IMG/VR virus record: IMGVR_UViG_3300037808_000364
Span: 1-64,000 of that record
Strand: one strand, 5' to 3'
Origin: a virus
DNA: 64,000 bases
The stretch's first letter is position 1, and each line of letters starts with the position of its first letter. Below, one piece after another: positions 31,501 through 41,000 of this stretch. A program made the translations under genes and the position numbers. A model generated the notes under the pieces. It was not told the origin of the DNA. It worked only from the letters and a program-made list of their open reading frames with translations, and made no database searches.

Positions 31501-34500
31501 GACTCAAACCACGCTTCCATTACGCCGCTATGCTGTTGATCTGAAATCACAGGGCGAGCAGCCGCAATCCAATCAGTTAGAGAGCCACTACCTCCTAGAA
31601 GCCCAGAACCAACATCTTCTAACAAGGCAAGGTCATCAAGTCTTGGAATATACCTATGGGTAAACCAGCTTGACTCATCTGAAGGAACAACAGGATATTC
31701 CTTATTGGAATAGGTAAGTTGAAGAACAACTATCTTAGGATTGATCTCTGCGTACCATTCACTAGGTCCAGCGTTCCAAGGTGCTGAGAAGTATTTCCAC
31801 AAGATATTAAAACGTGAAGCCGTAGACGCCACGGAAGCCAATTCAGATTTGTTATAATCAAACAGGTCGGTAAATATTAGGCCAGCAGTTGGGATGCCAG
31901 AAGTTTCAATGTCTGTGAATTCCCTGTTCCACTTAGCACGGGGAGCACCCACAACAACAACCTCACGGTCACCGCTTACTGCCATGTCTAATGAGCTACC
32001 AAACTCACGACCCTCTTGACCAATCTGCCACTTGTTTCCAGATATTGAGAACTGATCAAATGTTAACAGGTTTTCAGCAGTACGCTGAATATAATCTTTT
32101 CTGAATCCAGTTGGAAGGGTCAGTGGTTCAATCAAGTTCCAAGAGGCACTCTTACCAGCTACATCGGTGCCTCGACGGTATAGGAATACAGAGCCAGCAC
32201 CAGATACATCCACCATGCCGGGATCAGCATTTCCAAAAGCGTCTACTCGATTCTGGTCAAACTCTGGAATAGTCATATGAGGAGCGGAGATAGCCATCAG
32301 GTCACCCTTGACAGATACCTGACTTCCATATTCGTCGCCAGCACTTCTACCAGAAGCTACAATGAATGGAGAATCAACTGTCAGGTTAGCAGATGGAGCC
32401 ACACTGGCGGCATCGTCACCTATAAACTTAACACCAGAGAATACCAAGTCTTGATCACAGTCTTCAGTACAGCAATCCCAATCAGTACCGCACATACCAT
32501 AACCCCATTCCTCAAACGTTGGAGGAACAGAGATAGGGTCAATTGATCCGGTTTTTATGGTCATGGTAGCGTTATAAGCTACAGATGGCATGAGTTCCGT
32601 GTATTTTCTCAATCCGTAGTAATTACCGCTGTATCCCAAGCCCCCACTAAAGTTAATAGCACCAGAGTTGGTGTATGTCTCTGTGGCTCGGAATATGCCT
32701 CCATCGTTGCATGTGGCCGCACGCCACGTTGTACAATCCGTCCTGAGAATAGGATCAACAGCCTTGCTTGGGCTATTACCAGTACATGATCCATACCCAG
32801 TTAAATCTACACCGCGAATTTCATTGGTGACATCTAGGGTTGCCACATGATCATCTGTTAGCTCAATACCAGTACCGTAGTTGTTGTTGTACCACAAGCC
32901 AAATGCTGATCCAAAGTTACTGCTATAATTAGCAGTTACCAGATTCATGGTTCCGCTAGATAATGCTTCAACCGCAGGATTATGTAAGTAAAGAGGAACT
33001 TCAACGTTCATAACATTTGGAGCGTTAATGAACATTGGCATAGAACCAACAAAGCGACGTTTGGTAACTGTGTTGCCGCCGAGTAGGTTTAGATTGACAT
33101 CTCCACTAGCGTTGCTCGTGGTCAGATCTTGAATTGAGTTCCATAGAGTTAGAGGTGTAGTAGACTGAAGTCCGGTGCTTCCACTTGAAGACGCAAACGT
33201 GTTAAGTCTTAGGACTGGACCTGTAGGAGTTGTGGCTACATCCGCATTAAACATAGTAAGCGGCATACCAAAGAAGGTACCACTACCACCCAATGTAGTC
33301 AGAGGATCAAAGTCATCAGAGGTGTCGTGTCTACCTAGAATCTCCGGTAGTGCTAGAGACATAGAATTAGATAGACTTGAAGGAATCTCACCACTAATAT
33401 TTAGGGTGAACGTTTCCACTCCCGATTGATGAGGGGTGAATAGCGGAAGCGTTTCCGTAGAAACAAAAGCACCCTGAAGATTAAGCGTGAACCCACTAGG
33501 TGCCGTCGCAAATACATCGTACGGCAGTGGAATATTCATAGTAAGAGGTAGGGTTCCACTGCTATCCTGTGGAAATCCACCAACATTCAGATTAAGCTGA
33601 GATTCTGATGGGAAGGCACCGCTAGCATACAGGTTCATAGTGCCAGATACGTCAACATCGCAAACGTTCGCATCTTCCATTCTTACATGTGAGGAATGTA
33701 ATTCTATCTTAGAAGAATACGCTGGGCCTGATGGATAAACGAGGTCGTATTGTACGAACATATCGTTCACATCATCGGAGAAATATCTCTCCGAGAAATC
33801 TTTGACCCTTGGTTCTGACGGAAATAATGACCAAGCCTCTGTCTCATCGCAGATATCATCGTAGGTAAATGATGACTCTAGTTTTTGAATACAACCAGAG
33901 GGTTTCAGATAGTGAGACTTGCGGTTTACCAGTCCCCAGTTTGGCTCATCTGGAGTCCAGTAAGGGTCTTGATTCTTTGTGTATAGGCTGACAATCATAC
34001 GTGGGCCAGATGGAAGTACATCTCCACAACCAGACCACGAAATACCCATTCCCGTTTTGTGAGATACCACACTCTCTACAACAATAGCGTTTTCTGAGAA
34101 TGTATATCCACAAGGTATATTCTTTGTAATACGACGGTTAACGGCGTAGAAGTTGTTGGGAATATCACTTAGGTGGAACCGTAAGAAATCATTCTCTAAT
34201 TGCGTATGATACGATACTCCACTATCAATAGCAGAAGGAGTAGGAAGGTCCACAGAATTAGAATAACTGGTGCCGCTATGTTGAATATCAAAGATGATAT
34301 GTTCTGTATTCGGACGGAGCTGCCATTGGTCATAACCCATACCAAATTGACAGTGCTCAAAAGCACCCAAAGCCCAATCGTTGTATGTGTCTTCATTAAC
34401 TCTATCCCATAATTTGTAGCGGTCGTTAGTATACGACTCGCTCGGATCAAAGAATTTAACCCGACTGTTTTCTAGGAATTTTTCTGCCGTTACACCTTTA

Positions 34501-37500
34501 TATGTCTTGTCTGCGTTGGACTCTACAATGTTGGTACCAGACCCATAAAGCGTTTTAACTCCAGAACTCCAAGATGAAATTCCGAATTCACTAACGAGCA
34601 TGTTCATACCAACGCCAGAACCCGCAGACCATCCCAGTGTAAGGTCAGCATTTGTATCTGCCTTACGGAACGGTACGGAACTAGCACGTAGTACATTGAA
34701 AGGTGATAGAAATTCATTATCAGTGTAGAGTTTAAGACCACTACTCTGATGATCGTTGTACGTCAAGATGGCATTCAGCGGGAATTGGTACCCACTGTAA
34801 GGCACGGTGTCGGCAATAGAGATGATGTTGTTAGACGTATCTCTAGCGTATCCACATAGATACCCACCGCTATAACCAAGGGCGAAATCTAATTGAGACG
34901 GCGTGTCCCACTTAGAACAAATAACGCCACTTTGGAACAGGTCATACCCAACACCGGAAACGGTTGGGTCTGGCGTAAATCGAACGAAAACGGAAAATCC
35001 GCTAGCAGCACTAACATTCCCAAAGTTGATATTTTGCGTGTCTTGTGAGATTCTTACTGAACGATCAAAAGCGTCAGCAATCTTACCATAGAGAGGATTA
35101 CCCACAAAATTAACCGCACCACTAGCTAATGATGTCCAGTCAGAAGTTGTGTAACTACCACTATATCCGGGTAACTGACTTTGGAATAGGGTTCCGCTGG
35201 AATATCTCCAACCAACGTTGTGGTAGACTTCTGGCGTGGTAGCAAACAAACCACTAACCGTACCTAGGCCACTACCAAGCTCTGTGGATTGAACGTAGAG
35301 TCCATCAACATTATCAAAGCGGTAGTATCCAGATAGGAATGGGTAATCAATTATTGGGTTCTCAAATCCAAAGCCGAACATATCAGGGTCGTATGGGCCG
35401 CAAACCGTACCCTCTGACCCACGCCATCTTCTAGCGTAGTTACTCTTTATTGTACCATCCGAAGTATAAGAATGGATTCCACTGATTGAGGATAGAGGAC
35501 CGTAACCACTACCAGCATTTAGGATATCGTCTGTAGACCCCATAGATGTTGGGTATAGGGCCGCTTCCGATCTACCGTCTTGGACCTTCCCAAACTTTTT
35601 TCCGCCCTGAGTGAAGAGATTAAGGGCGTTTGAGGGTGCGTACCTTACACATAGTTCAGTGTAAGCAATGGAAGCACCGCTAGGAAGTGGGAAGATATCT
35701 AGATAGATCTTCTCTAGGTATGAACTCATTGAGTAGTCTTGAGATAACCCAAGGCGTACATCATCATCCAGAATCTGAAGAGGAACTTCATACCACGCAA
35801 ATTCTGTACCACTGACTACGGGGTATTGAGTAAGTGAATAATGGTCACCACCAGAATTACCGCTAGCTTCCCAGTAGTCTTCATGTTCAGATAAGCTACC
35901 ACCGGCCACTATGTAATCATCATCGTCAGAATAAAACCCTGAGATAACAGGGTGAGATCCAACACTCCCAACGTATTGATCGTTTAGGAATACGCCCGAT
36001 GGATTTTGTAGGAAACCGCCAGACGGAGAGGTGTCATGCAGGAGCTTATCTTCGCTGTAGCCAACAACATCAAGTACATAGTCTCTAGTTCCAAACGCTT
36101 TCTTAGCTAGAACTTTAAGTGTAATGGTGTCTACAGTGTAGAATATTGAGTCGTTTTTATGAACATTTTCCCTACGGTTTTCTGTGTTGAAAGCACCGCT
36201 GGGACTGAACCACATATTATTAGTAGACTGATCAAACTGATAGTTGAATGCTCCTTGAGTAATTTCGTCTACATTAGTGGAACATTCTCCAAAACGCAGC
36301 ATCAGCTTCCCTGAGTCAGCAACCCCACCCCCAGAAGCAGACTGAACTTTGATGAATCTTTGTGCTGTCGGAACCCCAAGGATTCTTACTAAGTCTTGAG
36401 CACCACATATATCTTCATTTGTAACACCTAGTGGGCTAGCAGCAGAATCAACATCGTCAACCCAAACAGTGTCTACGGACGGATAAATAGTAGTGTCAAA
36501 ATCATATTGAGGCATGAATTGGGCACGTATACATCTCTCTAGTCTTCTACCAGTAGATGGAACTTCCATGTAAGCTGGGAAGTAATCTTCGCGTCTAGGG
36601 CCGAATCCACCACTATTACAGATCTCAATTGCGGAAATTTTAAAACCGTTTGTGGGATTCAGAAACTTGACCTCTTGGGTCGATAGAGGAGCACCGTCTA
36701 GAGCCAAATAGTTGTTACCACTACCATCTGTCAGGATATCTGGTAGGATATAGTTTTCTTCAAACCCTTCACTGAAACCCTCTGTAAACGCATCGTCAAG
36801 AGATACAGCACGAACACTGAAGTGCAACTGATAACCGCTAACCATTTGCATGTGCGGTTTTGTTCTTCTATCCCAGTCATAATCATCTATCGCATTAGAT
36901 TCAGGAAGTGATGAATATGTGGAGAACTTAGATTGATCTACAGTGGAGTCGCCCTTCAGTGATATATCATTATACTTGACAATCAGATTTCCAGATGGGT
37001 CCAGCAGTTGAATATTGTAAACAGTGTAGAGAGGAGGTACGCTAGATTCATAGTTCTCTAACGGTGCAGCTACCCTCATTCTTAGGGCTGTGTAGTCTGG
37101 ACGTACGTTTAGATTAGTAAGATCGCACTTATACTGAAATAGACCCTCTGTATGAACCGTATCAGGGTTTATGTAAGAGGTTACGTCATCACTAAGGGTC
37201 ACGGAGTCACCGCCATCCTTAAGGATGCCCTCATATACACCCTCATCAATGAAGCTGTATAGACCTGAAGTTTCAGCTAGTGGACCTACAAATGAACCAA
37301 ACCCAGAAGCTACGGGTAAGTCAGCCTGAGGATATAGTTTTTCTTGGCACTTGAAATCACCAAACTCACCAGCAACCTTATCTATGTCTAAGACATTAAG
37401 ATTACCCTCAAGTGTGAGTAGTTCACTAAGAGCATAGTCTACCTTTATACCGTCATCCAGTTCACCCTCTGCGTCTAGCGATATGTCGATTGGGATGAAG

Positions 37501-37994
37501 GATGTAAGTCTACTCTCTACCTCAGACAAGAACGTAAGGGTCGCCTCCATAGCTGCTGCCGTGGAGATGATAGGGGCCGTCTCTGGACACGAACCGTCTA
37601 ACCTGATAGCATCTAATGCCTCAATCTGACGGTCCACAGCGTCTGTGCTGGATGTGTACTGAAGAGTAACGTCACAACCATTAATAGATACCACTGAGTA
37701 GTAGTAGGTTTGATAGTTGGCAGAGATCTCTGCTACCCACGTATCATCCAAACAAGTACAGTCGCATCCATTCAGCGTCACAGTGTAAAGAGGGCCAGAG
37801 CCAACAACAGCCGAAACAGTGTCCATACAGAATTCAGCTACAGGTGGAGATGTAAGCTCACCCTCAGCCTGTATGGTGGTACCCATATTAGCTTCAATGA
37901 TCATGTGAGCAGTAAACTCACCCCCAGCGGAACACGAAGCGTCCGTTGCTTTGAGGCAGCTACATTCTAAAGCTACGTGATGTTCACCTGACAT
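25533..37994 (-). CDS. Giant 4153-aa virion protein with a LamG-like domain, seven FG-GAP (integrin-alpha-like) blades and SGTMNL repeats
   Basis: Seven (F/Y/L)G.S.......V(G/S)(A/S)P motifs; LamG-like FSVFVRF...ICSKWD...LYTD; Cys-rich; immediately downstream of the TMP. Confidence 0.8.
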   Translation of the reverse strand: MSGEHHVALECSCLKATDASCSAGGEFTAHMIIEANMGTTIQAEGELTSPPVAEFCMDTVSAVVGSGPLYTVTLNGCDCTCLDDTWVAEISANYQTYYYSVVSINGCDVTLQYTSSTDAVDRQIEALDAIRLDGSCPETAPIISTAAAMEATLTFLSEVESRLTSFIPIDISLDAEGELDDGIKVDYALSELLTLEGNLNVLDIDKVAGEFGDFKCQEKLYPQADLPVASGFGSFVGPLAETSGLYSFIDEGVYEGILKDGGDSVTLSDDVTSYINPDTVHTEGLFQYKCDLTNLNVRPDYTALRMRVAAPLENYESSVPPLYTVYNIQLLDPSGNLIVKYNDISLKGDSTVDQSKFSTYSSLPESNAIDDYDWDRRTKPHMQMVSGYQLHFSVRAVSLDDAFTEGFSEGFEENYILPDILTDGSGNNYLALDGAPLSTQEVKFLNPTNGFKISAIEICNSGGFGPRREDYFPAYMEVPSTGRRLERCIRAQFMPQYDFDTTIYPSVDTVWVDDVDSAASPLGVTNEDICGAQDLVRILGVPTAQRFIKVQSASGGGVADSGKLMLRFGECSTNVDEITQGAFNYQFDQSTNNMWFSPSGAFNTENRRENVHKNDSIFYTVDTITLKVLAKKAFGTRDYVLDVVGYSEDKLLHDTSPSGGFLQNPSGVFLNDQYVGSVGSHPVISGFYSDDDDYIVAGGSLSEHEDYWEASGNSGGDHYSLTQYPVVSGTEFAWYEVPLQILDDDVRLGLSQDYSMSSYLEKIYLDIFPLPSGASIAYTELCVRYAPSNALNLFTQGGKKFGKVQDGRSEAALYPTSMGSTDDILNAGSGYGPLSSISGIHSYTSDGTIKSNYARRWRGSEGTVCGPYDPDMFGFGFENPIIDYPFLSGYYRFDNVDGLYVQSTELGSGLGTVSGLFATTPEVYHNVGWRYSSGTLFQSQLPGYSGSYTTSDWTSLASGAVNFVGNPLYGKIADAFDRSVRISQDTQNINFGNVSAASGFSVFVRFTPDPTVSGVGYDLFQSGVICSKWDTPSQLDFALGYSGGYLCGYARDTSNNIISIADTVPYSGYQFPLNAILTYNDHQSSGLKLYTDNEFLSPFNVLRASSVPFRKADTNADLTLGWSAGSGVGMNMLVSEFGISSWSSGVKTLYGSGTNIVESNADKTYKGVTAEKFLENSRVKFFDPSESYTNDRYKLWDRVNEDTYNDWALGAFEHCQFGMGYDQWQLRPNTEHIIFDIQHSGTSYSNSVDLPTPSAIDSGVSYHTQLENDFLRFHLSDIPNNFYAVNRRITKNIPCGYTFSENAIVVESVVSHKTGMGISWSGCGDVLPSGPRMIVSLYTKNQDPYWTPDEPNWGLVNRKSHYLKPSGCIQKLESSFTYDDICDETEAWSLFPSEPRVKDFSERYFSDDVNDMFVQYDLVYPSGPAYSSKIELHSSHVRMEDANVCDVDVSGTMNLYASGAFPSESQLNLNVGGFPQDSSGTLPLTMNIPLPYDVFATAPSGFTLNLQGAFVSTETLPLFTPHQSGVETFTLNISGEIPSSLSNSMSLALPEILGRHDTSDDFDPLTTLGGSGTFFGMPLTMFNADVATTPTGPVLRLNTFASSSGSTGLQSTTPLTLWNSIQDLTTSNASGDVNLNLLGGNTVTKRRFVGSMPMFINAPNVMNVEVPLYLHNPAVEALSSGTMNLVTANYSSNFGSAFGLWYNNNYGTGIELTDDHVATLDVTNEIRGVDLTGYGSCTGNSPSKAVDPILRTDCTTWRAATCNDGGIFRATETYTNSGAINFSGGLGYSGNYYGLRKYTELMPSVAYNATMTIKTGSIDPISVPPTFEEWGYGMCGTDWDCCTEDCDQDLVFSGVKFIGDDAASVAPSANLTVDSPFIVASGRSAGDEYGSQVSVKGDLMAISAPHMTIPEFDQNRVDAFGNADPGMVDVSGAGSVFLYRRGTDVAGKSASWNLIEPLTLPTGFRKDYIQRTAENLLTFDQFSISGNKWQIGQEGREFGSSLDMAVSGDREVVVVGAPRAKWNREFTDIETSGIPTAGLIFTDLFDYNKSELASVASTASRFNILWKYFSAPWNAGPSEWYAEINPKIVVLQLTYSNKEYPVVPSDESSWFTHRYIPRLDDLALLEDVGSGLLGGSGSLTDWIAAARPVISDQQHSGVMEAWFESFPAGQNTLYSGIPAIVGMFQEQTGSTAGALQYADTGGNAINLYDRFSSFYLAYSSQSGVFDPTTNLAQSGHLNKVFGQSENWATTASALLTNTFDSGRLSSTYTNSTLNRNFVASGVGQDWGDTHGSILTEFQVPPASGGRVYIFEKERDNFNCVQVITSPNDIAELEEDNADIFGATYANTYNDRFGHSVAISTNGEIVSVGSPWNSVSCRVFERNADEDQRVYDNVLAWCQAESKTAAESYYAQIVLLSGVATAKTATYDFLSSSERFEFRNDINFWTVLPQSYSPSYSYGYGDIAYIGTRQFLPKTFAPTSRLGWSTAVNDDGDVVAFGAPTDSFNEFEDSNVWGDGKMRWASHHNAGAVRMFASRKYHSHSGVVEFGRFGNLDRSSHKAERDAGYYETMNLVFASGANGSSDYQGKYWRRTDFSEIEIPQDAGLAFIMTPELDSASDEIIDNIKNWLALGDRNLVLVGNDPTWEENGLYADSNGIINNVLEKLGSRMRIHAAKSIEHSMQGCVSQDDLNADKYNVTKAKIPSYSTGATIGRNNYYAKGVGDIRMHLERDSLTGYSDEMGCPEGATCDGSPPPIVNSRCEFPMEHGGDLRAEWTEQCLKTTPNTCKVVTYKKNWPLQFGNFTPNCDDPPTPLFTKVNQEPVPILTTAEHLPPSSWLRPATSGYYCDYRTLYKWEVHQAGSLSGKFAEDNLDVVSFNISEDVDSSVSGEYNSFTYSGDFFDPDSLNGRDGLLQGVGRSYYPEDEERIETRVIYPDSILGLVESGRKTNGDLNNSRVYIIGSQWGEDDASRGIDAATQNDDKNTEFYINMVRKDCTSAPRGIQINGFTGRTSLSDAYESGLDHGLGDKLNVEFSVNGGAFDENQEATDLNNLVDFAWVANPSGKPSASELQELQNWMDLGNKKLVITFNATSESSRQQIADNVNYLCSGLSVTSRPILMPNIGEYFVTENIIKSYDPTDLDVQSINTSTDSVSGCDNGYTFTFPNYQAASSLSGLHFSDSTLSENKDVFIPLSGGSNYEKIIWWEDDVTEPYTVYPTNKWKIDADATVEFPAVSGSGYRVFVNWVSEKVSEKFDICGTIVGATHDPLGEEDSELFTSDIDGSICGSDIDLSKTTVLTPSQSIYDLKAIDSKITINLSTSPWRTFIPHGDLIDGVLPTTPRLISISGCPLPIDIETVITTTSGQVPTGVEEYNCRWEVNPLESGSVPAVSRPVSNKSEIYCNSAISAQCEYLGDELIEDGPVVAAEEFENFSSFQTGRRRSKIIVISDSTLLQGQCAHYRAETLSGNQEFIRSLYPDSLDVVTTGLGSFGDDYIYTDVDSVDVNGRNWFFSQKLRAPERGSAAKYHAISGHAVSNIQDPLYGGAGVVGSLDNYYDDEDTYDPSTLTRPAELKSPEQIKQRVESFYTSDALGTHGIYPRFSGDFLNINPPQTYEELMGESGNKKDFITDAKVGGGLNDLMKATNTDYLDLDVYYSGCLGDLFGYSIDMSDNKLVVGSPFNAYYTEGAISGVSGIVQWHEIENDPSRSGVRIAEDGGAGAVFVYEKTGSGENVVSEFLPWEFQQKIKPSSLNVGIVDFSPSPIVALEQQRDDHDILDASFIVEFAKRSDNFGVSVSIDCDMIAIGAPNHDFETIHGHIYSGAVQPNGLNTAFQRKSFNAEYDIPNHVFYDLGSSGVRVDQFSNTSGTMVLNNGAVFNYRNEIVDFQSRGQSWIYAEKLYAQGHNDRVPTLYTDDGLGGFFVTTSGTENDRFGSSVSVDRAGRGDSDYVMAVGSPRHSWATSGNHPTSGLLDAGAGYSFDAMLRGQVPSIPNSGGWIEAHVFGQKKDRDATDRLETRVYQNISGDSLSYQVSGIIFSNPNGDIFLEVSGFDPSTKGFVAHRPYVEQVDLTLFAPTPSSGMFNLVTSGRAVDNSGDMNLTLIGPDSANVYNTMNLYQSAVLGSPSGTMNLNIEAPSGHSGILNLNMTNNQTTDSLSLRIRGY
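25687..25698 (-). promoter_or_regulatory. Possible internal late promoter TGTGTATAATAC
   Basis: 12-bp identity to 13871-13882; lies about 155 bp upstream of the next start, inside the 3' end of the giant gene. Confidence 0.4.
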
Positions 37995-38009
37995 TCATTG
38001 TTTTCCTAT

Positions 38010-41000
38010 TTAAGCGAGTACCCCGCCCTTGCGTGTCAAATCACCACTACTGTTAAATTTGGACCTACCTATTTCTTTTCCAACTTCTGCTAACAACTCG
38101 TCCTTAATGTTTTGCTTCATAGACTCTAAGAAGCTACCGTTTACTAGGTTTACATTTACATTTGTGGTGTCCAGTTTAACGCTAAAGTTAGTGTTTGCCA
38201 GTTTGTCTACAGCACTAGAAAAATCAGAAAATACATTTCTAAGTGCTGGTATAGCATCTGTAAGCATGTTGCTAGACCCCTCAACTGGGCCTCCACCATT
38301 ACGACGTGCTCTACCTCCACCACGCATATAACCGGGACCACTTGCTCCTCCACCAGAGTTCATGGCTCTTAACATCTGTAAATTATTACCACGCTGAACT
38401 GCTGAACGATTTACCACAAACTCACCCGGTGTCAGCATAGCAGGAACAGTGTCAGTACCACGGGGCACAAACATTCCGTTGTTAGCATAGACCGTTCCAC
38501 CTTTAGCTAGTCCCTGATTCGCATTAGCTATATTACCCAACTCTTTAGTAAATACAACCTCACTAGCAATAATGGTAGCCTTATTGACAGCTATCTCAGA
38601 CACATCAAATTGAGCACCCTGTCCAGCTAAATCACCAAGCACCCCAGCTAGCTCTCTACCCTCAGCCTTGAACGCTTCTTGCTCGGGAGTTGTACCAGAC
38701 AAAGCACCGTTTCCTGTAATCCCGAACCTTTTGAGGGTTTCATCTTCCGCAGAACGTAGTTGTTTGTCAGACAACCCTTGCCCCTTCAAACTCTTAAACC
38801 CGGCACCTAGTGCAGACCCTGAGAACAAGCTCGTGAGTCCAGAAGAACCAGACCTTAGGGCCGCACCAGCACCAGCCGCAGCTTGACCCTCAATAAATCC
38901 CTGAACATCTCCACTAATCAGTTTCTCAAGTGAACTCTTTTCTTCTCTGTTCTTAGCTTGAACAATGGTTAACTCTTCTTTAAGAAGTGAGATCCTTTGT
39001 TTTGTGAAAGTTATAAGTGCAGCATTAGCACGTTGAGCCTCTGGACGTTGATCATTCTGAACCCCTTCTGGACCCGCAAAAATACCAGCACCACCAGTAG
39101 CAGAGCGTCCAGCAATGTCTCGAACAAACGCCCCCTGTTGTGAGTTAAACGTATTAGTAATCTCCGTAGCCACACGTCTAATATCGCCAGCACCTCCACC
39201 TTTAAGGCTAGCTCCAAGACCACCCAAGCCGCCGACGTTGTTAAACTGTGAAATTCTAGCTTGTGTTTGCTGTTGAGTTGTAAGTCTGGCACCACCAAAC
39301 GCTTCGAATGCCTTACCAGCTTCAATCTGAGTGTCAATAGCTTTATTTAGAGATTCAGCGGCAGTCGCTTCTACCTTCTCACGCTCTTGGTAGAGCTTAG
39401 ACATTGTGACGTTATGTTGTGACTGTAGCTTGGCCGCTTCAAAGAAACCGGAAGATAACGCTTGAGCGTCTGTACCAATTTTCTGGATTAGCTTAGAAAT
39501 ATCAGTAGTAGCCAGATCCTTTGGTTCTATAGCACTTACGTTCGAACTGATAAGATCTCTAATTTGCTTTCTGATTTCAGGGGAAGCATCTGCCGGAATA
39601 GCTTCTACCAACGCTTCTGTCAGCTTACCCTTAGAAGCTGCTGGGTTACCTCTGTTAACATCAAAGTTGCTTACAATACCACCTATGTTCTGTGAGAACC
39701 CAGAAGAAGCCCTAGCGACATCCGCCTGTCCACTTAGGGCAGCAGCTAACCCGCCACCGCCAGCACCTCCAGCAGTAGATAGTAGTTGTTTTTCAATAGC
39801 GTCAATAGCAGCACCGGAATCTACACCAATATTCTTACGTGCAGACTCTAACTGTATGATATAACCCTCTAGAGAACTAGAGCCAGTAGTTAGTCCAGCG
39901 GTAAACGCCTTCACAGCCGCATTAGCACCACCAAACGCAGAAGTGATTTTCAGAGAATCAAAGTTAGCTTTTCCAAGTTGTACCTGAGCATCTCTTAGCG
40001 TAATAGAGACCCTCGCAAGTTTCAACATCTCCTCTTGGGTTTCTTGATTAGCACCAGCTAACCCTAAGGCAGCTTCTTCAGCTTGTGCTAAACTAGCTCC
40101 TGAACTAATTAAAGTAGTTAGGGTTTTTGCTGACTCTATATTTATCTTAGCTTCTTGTGATTTCTTATTTTTACCTTCTTCTAACTGTGCAACCTCAGAC
40201 CTAGCTTCATTAGTACCACCTAGTACTGTAGACAGAGCAGCTTGAACATTAATCCCTCCACCGTCTAGTTTGAATGGGTTATTATCTTTAGAGAGGGTTT
40301 TATTAAGATCTGAGAGATTTGAAGTAGCAGTATCTGCTGCTGTAGTAGCACGAGACTGCCTAACCTGTTTTGCTAGACCGTCGAAGAAATTGTTGGTGCC
40401 AGAAAACGCATCGGTAGCTATTTGAGCAAATCCACTCACAGAGAACGCATCCGTAATACCTTTCGCAAACGCACCAGCCCCAGCGGCATCCGCAGCACCA
40501 GAAACATCACCCTTATCTTTTGCTTGTTCAGCCTGTCTTTGGGATAGTTCTTGTACATACCCACCTATGGCGTTGGCTATACCCTTTATAGATACGATAG
40601 CAGCAGCAGCACCTGTAACAGCTTTACCCCCAAATTTAGCTGCACCAGCTAATCGTCGTCTCCTATTGGCTAATTTCTCTTCTGACTGAGCGGCTTTCAA
40701 TGCTGCTTTTTGAGATCTAACCCTCGCTCTCTCTAGAGACTTCTCGCCAGCCTGCACCGCTTTCAGTGTTTTACTATGTCTTTTTTGTGACGCGGTTCGA
40801 TTTTCAGTTAAGTTTTCACCCTGCTTAATGACCTTACTAGAGTCTTTAAACGCCACCTTCATATTATTGACATGTTGCGTCTGAAATTGTATTTCCTTTG
40901 AAAGTGCTTGCTGTTCTTTTAGAAGTTCCTTTGTGGATTTACCCCTGAAGCCCGGATGTGAACGTCTCTCCGAACCCTGTTGAATATCTTTAGCAGCAGC

